A stretch of DNA of 61,471 bases, counting the filler. It is 8 parts of 8 records of this genome, joined end to end, with 100 filler letters (N's around TTAATTAATTAA, not from the genome) between each part and the next. Parts side by side here need not be neighbours in the genome. Positions count along the whole stretch, not along the records: positions 50,077 to 55,412 come from SRR15195285_832; positions 55,513 to 61,471 come from SRR15195285_833; 6 more parts are not named here. The stretch is one strand, 5' to 3'. This document shows positions 53,101 through 61,471 of the stretch, piece by piece. Under the pieces are notes generated by a model. The model did no database searches. It was not told the origin of the DNA and saw nothing but the letters and a program-made list of their open reading frames with translations. The position numbers were made by a program, and so were the translations under genes. Position 1 is the first letter of the stretch. Each line of letters starts with the position of its first letter.

Positions 53101-54961
53101 GATGAAAGGCAGACATGGCGAAGAACGCTGCCTGTACGACGAGAAAAAACCCGTCCGACTCTAAATAAACTTCATCCGACCCCCATGCTACCTGATTGAC
53201 TAAATACACCACGAGTAGCGACCATGAAATTGAATGCCCGTACGCCAGCGCACTCGACCAGCTGCTGAGCGGCTGTGTATGCGGTACCAAGTAGCCAAGG
53301 AACAGCAGCATCCCTGTGCATGCGTGCGTCCAGTCTGCATATTCAGGGAGGACGTTTCCAAGCTGCTGAAATGCCGTCAGCATCTGAATTACGCAAAAGG
53401 TGGCAAGAGCTCCGCCCCACAGCACTGCCGGCACACCTTGCACCAGCCAGCCTGGGATAGGCCCTACGTCGCGCAGCCCTGGAATCAACCAGCTGAAAGC
53501 GAAGAGCACCACAGCGCATGCGTACCACGGGATATGGTGGAGTGCTTGGAACGACTCGCCTATATCACACAGCACGATGTGGTACGCTGCAAACGCCTCC
53601 AACGTCCAGAACAACAAGTAAATGCCCAGCGGGATTCCTTTCGTGCACGCTGACTGTAAGCGATATCTTTCAACAGAAGTGTACATGTCGCTAAGGTACT
53701 TGCGTGCATCTTTTGATGTATCGGCAAAATGCCCTTCAGCACCGGGAGACTGCAGCGCGAACCCCATGTGTGCAACCGCGGCAATCGTGCGGTCCGGGAT
53801 GAAGCTATCCGGTGTTTCGCCCCGGTTTGCCTTCGGCGCAGGTACCACAGCCGCGCTGAGCAGTGCAATGCTTTCTGCGTCGTCAGGATCGACCTCAACC
53901 TTCGCCGCCAGATCCTGCAACCGCTTCTCACGCGCGTCAGCGAACGTCGAGTTGAACCATTGCAGGACCCTGACATCTCCGCTGATAGCAGCGCAGTGCT
54001 CAAGTGTCGCGTCGCACAGCCTCGCCTCGACCCGGTTCATCGAAACTGGGGCAGACTTGACTACGGAGTCGTTGCTAAGCCATTTGCGCACAGCAGTGGA
54101 GCGGGAAGCCAGCGTGACGTTGCCGGACTCGCACATGTCGCCCAGCCAGCCGGAGATGATTGGGATCGAGTACGGACTCAGGCGCGCAAGCACGTCCACG
54201 TCGTCGATCCAGCCTTGGGCCTTCCACGGGTTTGAGCCTAGCCCGGTGGGGGCCCCAGAGGCGGGCCGCACAGTCCCTAGCAGGAACCATTTGAGGATGT
54301 CCAGGTCCCCCAGCAGCAGCAGCGAGCAGCAGACCGCGTCCGGCGGGGTCTCTGTCCGCGGCGACGACGGATATCCGTCGTTGGCTTCGCCAAATGCCGT
54401 GGCCAGGCGGTTCCACAGGTCGATCACGTGCTTCCGCACGCTTCGGTGCGAGTTTACGTCCGCCCGGCAGTCCGCCCGGCTCCCGTGCGACTCCACCACG
54501 GGGCTGTAGCGCACAGGGGACTGCATCCGCACGAGGTGGTCCTTCGCCTTCTGCGCCTGCGGCGAGTCAGCGCGGAGCTGAATGACGCGCTCAAAGTCAT
54601 CCTTCGCGCGCTCGAAATCGCCGGACACTTTGAGCTTCACCGCGCGGTTCATGTGCCAGATGTGCATGTCCTTGTGCTCGCCGGTCTGGATCGCCGTCGT
54701 GTACGACTTGATCGCCTCGGCGTCGTTGCCGAGCTTAGAGTAGCACAGCCCCATCTGGTTGTGGCAGATCGCCCAGTAGCTATCGGATCGGTCCAGCGAG
54801 TCGCGCACCTGCGTGTACATCCGGAGGGCCTCCTCCACGTGCCCGTCTTGGAAGAGCGCCTTGGCCTGGCGGAAGGCCGTGCGCCCGCGCCCGGTGGACG
54901 GCTCGGATACCCACTTGATGTCCACCGGCGCGTCGCTCGCCTTGGCCGCCGCCGCCGCCAT
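50077..54961 (-). CDS. TPR - multipass TM - coiled coil - U-box protein (putative membrane E3 ligase), 3'-truncated in a polyQ tract; 2 introns in the U-box region
   Basis: TPRs (AICHNQMGLCYSKLGNDAEAIKSYTTAI; WHMNRAVKLKVSGDFERAKDDFERVIQL), about 8 hydrophobic segments and an E/K/A-rich coil. The spliced U-box CPITHEIMRDPVIDALGHS/YERKAIESWLANHQTSPITNQVLPHRNLVTNHALRKLI comes from ORFs 50410..50841 and 50025..50534. Confidence 0.85.
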
Positions 54962-55412
54962 CGCAGCCCCGGACAATCCTCACGGCCGAGGCCGCGGTCG
55001 GGAGCTCCCTCAGCCAGCCGGCTACCCGAAACTGCACCAAGCCAACGCCGCCTTCCGTTCGCAGCTTCGCAAAGGCCACCTGTCCTGCAGGAAAGCCGCA
55101 GCGTATCGATCCGCCAGCCCTGCAAGGAGCGCGGCGAGCGAGCTCGTCCAAAGCCGCCCGCCTCGCCTTTCCTTCACGCCGTCAAACCGTCCAAACCCTC
55201 CCAAAAATCACCCTTCCAAAGGCGCCCACCACCCCAGGGCCAGAGCCCTCCCTCCGCCCCTGTCCCAGCAACCCCTTCCGCCGATGCTCAGCCCGCCATC
55301 ATCGCATATAAAGTCATCGCCATCATCAGCGCCATCATCGCCATTCTGGTACGTACTTCCGCTTTCGATTTCCCTTGCCCAGGTCCTGCCTGGTCGATTC
55401 TCATTCACGCAA

Positions 55413-55512
55413 NNNNNNNNNNNNNNNNNNNNNNNNNNNNNNNNNNNNNNNNNNNNTTAATTAATTAANNNNNNNNNNNNNNNNNNNNNNNNNNNNNNNN
55501 NNNNNNNNNNNN
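55413..55512. other. Artificial contig spacer
   Basis: N44-TTAATTAATTAA-N44. Confidence 0.98.
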
Positions 55513-55623
55513 TCAATACATCCCGGCGCTTGATTGTACTATGATAGTATGCCCGAGGCGAGAGGGGTAAATGCTGGACGGATGCTGCGCAAGGAATTGA
55601 ACTGCGCGCGGTCGGCATCCGGG

Positions 55624-57094
55624 ATGGTGGTATGGGCAATACTCTTAGCAGCCCCAGCAGTGTTGTTCCCTCAGCTTGACTTCGCCTCGGCGGTGGGGCT
55701 GGGGGTGGGGATGGCCACAGTAGGCCTCAGAGGCGCCGCGAGCCAGTGTGTCGAGCAGCTGGGCCACGACGGATGCCTTCCTAGCGCTGGGGGACACAAA
55801 TGTGCGGACTGCGCCGAGGGCCACAGGGCGGACCTCGAGAAGGCGGGGTGTAGCCACTCGTTTGTGCTCAATTGGTGCGAGGGGCGGACTGATGGCTGCT
55901 GGGTGGAGCTGCTCAAGCAGGAGTCCGTCCACGTCAACTGCACACGCGGCTTTAGTTACGGCTGTGTCAACAGCAGCACGATGTGGGCGGCAGGCGGCTG
56001 CAGAGGTGTGTTTGCATGCGGCAGTGCCACCAGCGTCCTGTGCAGCTCAGGTCGAAGTCAAAACGTGACGTGTGACTGCCGCCGAGCCTCATCAAAACCT
56101 CCACCGCCACCCTCAATCAATGCATCAACCGTTACGGTCATGGTGTTTGGAGATTCGTGGGGCTCATTAGGTCCTGGCTGGCACGAGCTCCAGGACATGT
56201 TTGACCGTCACAATATCTCCGCCGTCGTCCGCAGCGCTGCACGCGGTGGCACCCAGGCTTGTCAGTGGGCCGAAAGTCCGGAATCGATGGTAGCCGCGGC
56301 ACAAAAGCTCTTCCCGGAGCGAAAGACTAAAGGTGTGTCCGCTCCAGCATGGCAGCCTAGGGCGAGCTGACCTCGCGATGCCACGATGGACAGGACCCGA
56401 TTTTGTGTGGTACACGCTAGGAGGCAACGACTTCGCCAACGGCGAGTATCAAAAGTGTAGCCGATCAGCCAGGACAATTGCAGACGAAATGGTTTGCGTA
56501 GACACGCTTTTCGAAGTGGTCGGCAACTGTGAGTTCGTTCAAGCAGATCATCTTGAATGTAGACGCGACGGGGCTTTCGTACTGCTACCACGATTGCGCG
56601 TTTTCTCTGGGAGCGGTACTGAGCAGCGCGGTGTGGGTGCCGATAATACAGGCACCAAAACGCTGCTGGAGCACTACTGGAAAGCATATCCACAGAGCAA
56701 AGTCATGCAGTGCGGCTACGATATCCCATGCGAACAGGGCGGTTGCTTACATACTGATGATAGTCGCATTCCCTTCTGCAAGAGCAATGCAACGTGCATG
56801 GATGAGGTGACCTTGCACTGGCAGGGCGTCTACGTGGACGCACTACACGCTCACTACAATCAACCAGGTGGCGTACCCGGCGGCGGAAGCTATGATGGCC
56901 TCAACATCCTCGGCACTGTCCAGGTAGCTGGTGGCGTCAAAGGTGCCGCAGTAGGCCACCCCGTGCTCGGCGTCGGTTCTCCTTGCGATCTAGAGACGAT
57001 GTGCGTCCATCCGACCCACGGGAAAGCAGGAGCAACCGCAGTGGGCGAAGCGTTCTGGGAATTATATTATAGCAAGCGCCTACCACTAGCATGA
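55624..57094 (+). CDS. Secreted SGNH/GDSL hydrolase with N-terminal Cys-rich and DUF3011-like (lectin-like) modules; introns 56333-56393 and 56529-56651
   Basis: Signal-like MVVWAILLAAPAVLF, then VELLKQES...CTRGFSYG...MWAAGGCRGVF and a Pro linker KPPPPPS. SGNH blocks are VMVFGDSWG, ARGG, TLGGND and CVHPT. Confidence 0.82.
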
Positions 57095-57452
57095 CGGCTA
57101 ATTGATTGACGTCCGCCATAAATTCGGGCTTATCTAACAAACACGCAGGGCATACGGCGCCACATGGAATCAACCAGCTTGATGATGTGCGCGCTTCCAT
57201 CTCTGGATGCGCGACACACTGAGGCGGTGCTGCGGCAGGTGGAGCAGAGCAGCTAGAACATGGCAGAGTGGCGGCCCGCTGCCTAAAAAGCGACAGCGGG
57301 CTCCGTGCACTTCGTTGTAAATATACGCGCTGAGGCCGAATTCGTACAGCTACTCGTACACACCTGGACCGGGTCTGCTCACGCGAACTTCCGCTGCAAC
57401 TGTCGCGCGAAGGTGCCATCCGCACCATCCTCTCGGAGAGCTTGATCATCGT

Positions 57453-59102
57453 CTAGTGGAACTGACCTTTCGATTTCGCACCGAGATCCCAGTGCCCATC
57501 GCTAAATACCCTGTCACCGCGCAACATCATCCCGCGCTCACGTGACGGCGGGTCCGTCTTTGCCGCCTCCAGAGCCTCGGCTCGCATCTCGACGCTGGTC
57601 GCCAGGGGCACTGCCAGACAAACGTGTATCATGCAGGATGACGGTACGCTATTGATAGGGTGCGAACGCAGGTACGTGTGCCGTACGCAGCGCAGACAGG
57701 TCAGCACTACGTGCAAATTGGATGCGTACTGATGACGTCGTCCTCGGGCTTCGTGTATCGGTTAATGAATGTGCTGCGTGGGTCAGAGGAATGGTTCGGA
57801 GGGCTTCCATGCACACAATACCTAGCAGAAGCACCGATGCGGTCTCAGTATCGCGAAATTACGCTTCCAGCAACAAGTCCGATGCTACGTGTGGGTGGGC
57901 TCCATACTTACTGGTGGAACAAAATCGCATCTCCAGCTTTCCCCTCGATGCTAACCCCATCTTCTATTCTCCAGATGTGTGGGTCGAGACCTAAATGGGA
58001 CGAGGTGTTGACGTGGTCAATGAAGCCGTTCCGGTGGCTCCCCGGAAAGACAGTTAGTGGTCCCTGCACGAAGACAGCACCACCGGGTCATAGGGCGTAG
58101 CAACCGCGTGGCACACGACCCGCGGCGAGGCAAAATGCGCTCTGCTTTACGTTGCCAATCGAGTTGTCCGTGTCAATAGTGTAGTTCAGGGTGCCAATTG
58201 GCGATAGCCCAGACCCACCAAATTCAAAAAATGCGGCGTCTCTGTGTGGACAACGCGTGCACACACCCAGTGCATCCTGTGGTCAGCGCGGGCGCAGAGC
58301 CAAGAACATGCTGACGCACTGGTGTAGGGAGACTGTATGTCCGCCCGCAGGTTCCTTGTATACTAGCTGGCCTTGACCAAAGAGCTCGACATTCGGCGAG
58401 CCGAAGATCTCTTGAACGATGTCAAGCACTCGATCATCTCCCGCGCACTGGAACAGTGCGGCTGAGTTTTGGCTGCGCCACACAGCAGTAGGTCAGCGAC
58501 GTAGTGCCCTCAACGTGTCAGTTGCATAGCTGCAGCGCAACGCACTAGTCAACGGCAGGCACCATTATCTGCTTCTCCACGTTTTGTGCGTCACCCAATT
58601 GAGCCACCAGGTCCATGACTGGCTTGTGGCGGTTCTTTTCTGCCACAGTGCCATCCCAAGCTGCTGGGATAAAGAGAGTGCCGTCCGGAGTCACCCACCC
58701 CTCCGGCACCCGCTCAATGCTACCAAGCTGCTCTAGCCTCCGACTCTGGTCGACAGTGCGACGCACCGCCTCGTTGATGGCCCCCACCCAACGATTGTTC
58801 AGCCCGCGTATGACGACGCAGCCGTGCTCCCGGAACAGCGCTGCAGCCTTGCTCACGAGCTGCGGGTCTTCAGCACTCAATTCTAACGCGCCGACCGTCT
58901 CCGCGCTTAGCAGCGGCGCTGCCGATGATGATCCGACTGTCGACGCAGAGACCTCGGTATCACCTTCAAAGATGTCGATCGGCAGTAGCAGTGGCAGTGG
59001 CAGTGCCGGTGGGCTTGCCAATGAGGAGGAGATATGCCGATGCCGGCCCAGTGCAGCCTGCAGGTGGCCCAGCCGCCGTCCTGCTGCTGCTGGATGAACC
59101 AT
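57453..59102 (-). CDS. Phytanoyl-CoA dioxygenase (PhyH) family 2OG-Fe(II) oxygenase, 6 exons
   Basis: FREHGCVVIRG; spliced YKEPAGGHTVSLHQDAAFF (HxD); NGPLTVFPGSHR; GDAILFHQYCVHGSPPNHSSDPR (distal His and 2OG-binding Arg). Five GT-AG introns keep the frame. Confidence 0.88.
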
Positions 59103-59508
59103 CTACCCTATGGGGTGCTACCTGAAGGGTTACAACCGTAGACCGGTAGAGAGACAACTTGAGCGAACCCACACGCCCCCGCCTCAAAGCATGCCACGCT
59201 CGCGCGAGTGCGATGGTGCCGTCGAGATGACTTCAAGCCGACGGTGAGCCGCTCAGCCCCGCGCGCAAACTGTATGTCCGTCATTTTCCATACAAATCGC
59301 ACTCCCCCGGCCGCGGCCCCCCTCATATCGTAGATACGCCTCATTTTCCAAGAGCCGACTACGACCGATCTATGCAGGCATGCACTTAAAATCAAGCTTG
59401 TACGCGAACGCGTGTGCGACCAGGTGGTCCATCGTGTGCGGCCTCGCTGTGGGGCCCCCAGGGCCGTGCTGCTGGTATACCTGGGGGGCCGCTGATCACG
59501 ATCGATCG

Positions 59509-60900
59509 ATGGGAGTAGCTTCTGAGCCGAGCTGCATGCGTCGACTCGCTGCTATCGCTCGGACAGTACGAGCTAGCGCTGTGTCGACGACGTCCGAGCC
59601 GTCTGGCTCTGTGACTGGCACTGGCGGGGCAGAGGCAGCAGTACCACCACCACCGTTCGTGCCACAACCACTGCTGCCTGGGGGCATCGTGCGGTCGCTA
59701 TTCGACGCCGCCACGGATGCTCCGCTCATCAACAAGCTTCGGCTGCACGAGCCCGAGGTATACAATGGCGGCGAGTGGAAGCCTGGCGACAAGATCCACG
59801 GCATCACCAACATCCACAACCCATCCTTCGACATCTACCCCGTCGCTGGGCCAGGTTGCTGCGTGATTCTCGTTCCGGGTGGCGGACATCGCGTCCTTGG
59901 AGTAGGCGGCTGCACGGATCTCGTAACCACCTTTGCCGCCCGAGGCATCTCCACTGTCATTGTGCGCTGTCGTCTGCGCGTTGATGGGTATGACATGAGT
60001 GTCGATGCCCTGAACGACACGCTTCGCTGCATCTCCCTCGTCCGTGCCAACAGCGCGGAGTGGGGGCTCGATCCGAAAAGGATCGGAGTTATCGGCATGT
60101 CTGCGGGGGCCGAGCACGCAGCAGGAGCGGCGACGGAGTACGAAGCGTTCAGATGCAATGGAAGCCTTTTGCACCGTGTGAGCCCCCGGCCAGATTTTGT
60201 CGGGGTCCTGTTTAGTGGGCCCACGCTGTTCGAGCACGATCCCGCACTAGACAGCGAAGGCGGTGGAAGATACGCCGGAATGTCGGAACAAGGCGCGGTG
60301 GGCCAGGCAGCAAATGACGCGCAGACGGCCGAAGAGCGGTGAGCCACACATATCGCAGACGAGTTCCTCACCTGGACGGCTCGATGCGAAATAATCACAC
60401 CAATTCGGTCTGTGGAGGAGCAGGAAAGGGCGAGATGGACCACCAAGCATCCCGGATGATTGCCCACCAAGCTTCGTCGCGTCGGCCGGTCCTGGTGACA
60501 AGATCCACGCAGCGTGGTGCCTGGCGTACTTCAGCGCCATGCTCTATGCTGGAGTTCCCAACACTGAGATTCATCTCTACGCGAAGGGTCGGCACGGGCA
60601 GCTGCCACGCGGCGCTCCGGGTGCAGGAACGCACGTCGGCGTGTGGACTGACCGGCTGATTGAATGTGAGTGGTTTGCTTTGCTTACACCTCGCATCGAA
60701 CAGCAGCGCAGCTATCATTTCATTCTGTCCCACCGTCCGTCCATTAAATGGCCGTATTCACTCTTGCTATGATGTCACTGCTTGGTTTTGCATCGGTGCA
60801 AGGGCTTGGGGCCTTGGGGTTTATGGACAAGCCCGGGAAGGAGACAAACGCAGCGCAGGATTGTGCCACGTTCGCAGCGGGAAAGCGCGTCCCGCAATGA
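59509..60900 (+). CDS. Alpha/beta hydrolase (Aes/acetyl xylan esterase-like), 3 exons; introns 60339-60423 and 60666-60802
   Basis: Oxyanion PGGGH, WGLDPKRIGVIGMSAG nucleophile elbow and RPDFVGVLF. Spliced PPSFVASAGPGDKIH (Asp) and EIHLYAKGRHG (His). The last exon WLGALGFMDKPGKETNAAQD ends at TGA 60898-60900. Confidence 0.85.
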
Positions 60901-61026
60901 CCACAACCCCATTCGGGCTTCGTGTTCGAAGACACTGGCTATCGACACAGTTTGTGGATACAATCACGGAGACTATCAAGGACGTCTCCTGGGTGTCTTA
61001 CTGGAGTCTATTACGCACCTTTGCAA

Positions 61027-61471
61027 TCAAGGTTCCTGGAATACACTGCCACGCGCTTGCTCGATGAGCGCCAAGAGCGCGCTCCTCGGGTCGTGGCTGT
61101 CTCTCGCTTCCTCGATCGCGCCATCGCTGACGCCTGCTGCGGCAGCGCGTTGTCGTAGTTCTTTTACAGTGAGGTTGCTCAGGTCGACTTGTGCGTTCTG
61201 TATCAAGCTGATCATCGCTGCCCTTGGATCGTGACTGTCCCGTGCGTCCTCGATCTGGTCGGCGTCCACGCCCAGCGCTGCGGCTTTCTGTCGAAGCTCC
61301 TTCATAGTGGCATTGTTGAGACCCAACGAAGTGCCTAGAGCTGGAGGTGCTGGTGCGGGTGACGGTACTGGAGCTGGAGCTGGAGCTGGAGGTGCAGATG
61401 CAATACCAGCTAGCCCACCGGCGACATCTCGCAGGACCATGCCAGGCTGCTGCTGCTGCTGCTGCTGCTGC
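61027..61471 (-). CDS. 3' end of a protein with a polyQ/S tract, Pro-Ala linker and two tandem helix-extension-helix (SAP/HeH-like) repeats
   Basis: ATMKELRQKAAALGVDADQIEDARDSHDPRAAMISLI and LTVKELRQRAAAAGVSDGAIEEARDSHDPRSALLALI. The frame is open to the window end in a (CTG)n tract. Confidence 0.7.
   Translation of the reverse strand, partial: QQQQQQQQPGMVLRDVAGGLAGIASAPPAPAPAPVPSPAPAPPALGTSLGLNNATMKELRQKAAALGVDADQIEDARDSHDPRAAMISLIQNAQVDLSNLTVKELRQRAAAAGVSDGAIEEARDSHDPRSALLALIEQARGSVFQEP

Noticed and set aside
7807-55512. Seven identical TTAATTAATTAA motifs flanked by N runs, as a biological repeat or CRISPR-like array
   Set aside because: They are exact 100-nt synthetic spacers with six-frame stops. 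Genes on different contigs are therefore not neighbours, and no gene cluster can be inferred across them.
37030-59102. Introner-like repeated introns or non-canonical splicing in the intron-rich genes
   Set aside because: All modelled introns are GT-AG. Those I compared by eye share nothing beyond GTGCG/GTGAG donors and CTGAC/CTAAC branch points.
1-61471. tRNA, rRNA, CRISPR, prophage/viral or prokaryotic defence systems
   Set aside because: None was recognised by eye. The content is spliceosomal-intron-containing eukaryotic genes; a tRNAscan/Infernal run would be needed to exclude small RNAs.

Overview
This window is not one locus. It is eight unlinked eukaryotic contigs (1-7806, 7907-15684, 15785-22549, 22650-36325, 36426-41667, 41768-49976, 50077-55412, 55513-61471) joined by seven artificial 100-nt N44-TTAATTAATTAA-N44 spacers. 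The DNA is GC-rich and gene-dense with short canonical GT-AG introns. It comes from a flagellated protist: a kelch/IPT-bearing outer-arm dynein alpha-type heavy chain and a Tctex1-family chain are present, and the former points to a non-opisthokont lineage. About 17 genes can be modelled: an LRR receptor-like protein, a spinster-type MFS, TCTEX1D2 (fragment), an Hsp100/ClpB-like ATPase, UBAC1, a bacterial-type MFS, a multipass protein with a villin headpiece, an MGCGAS microprotein, the dynein heavy chain, a secreted CX5R phosphatase, a DUF6067/GH123-like hydrolase, an EF-hand/EGF/integrin-betaI/ubiquitin-like receptor, a coiled-coil protein, a TPR-transmembrane-U-box E3, an SGNH hydrolase, a PhyH dioxygenase and an alpha/beta hydrolase. 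A helix-extension-helix repeat fragment ends the window. Three observations stand out. (1) A two-pass receptor carries an integrin beta I-like domain between Notch-type EGF repeats, with cytoplasmic EF-hands and tandem ubiquitin-like domains. (2) A roughly 45-aa four-cysteine module is inserted five times into loops of two unrelated surface proteins on different contigs. (3) An Hsp101-like chaperone lacks the regulatory M-domain. All family calls come from motif recognition by eye; no database searches were run.
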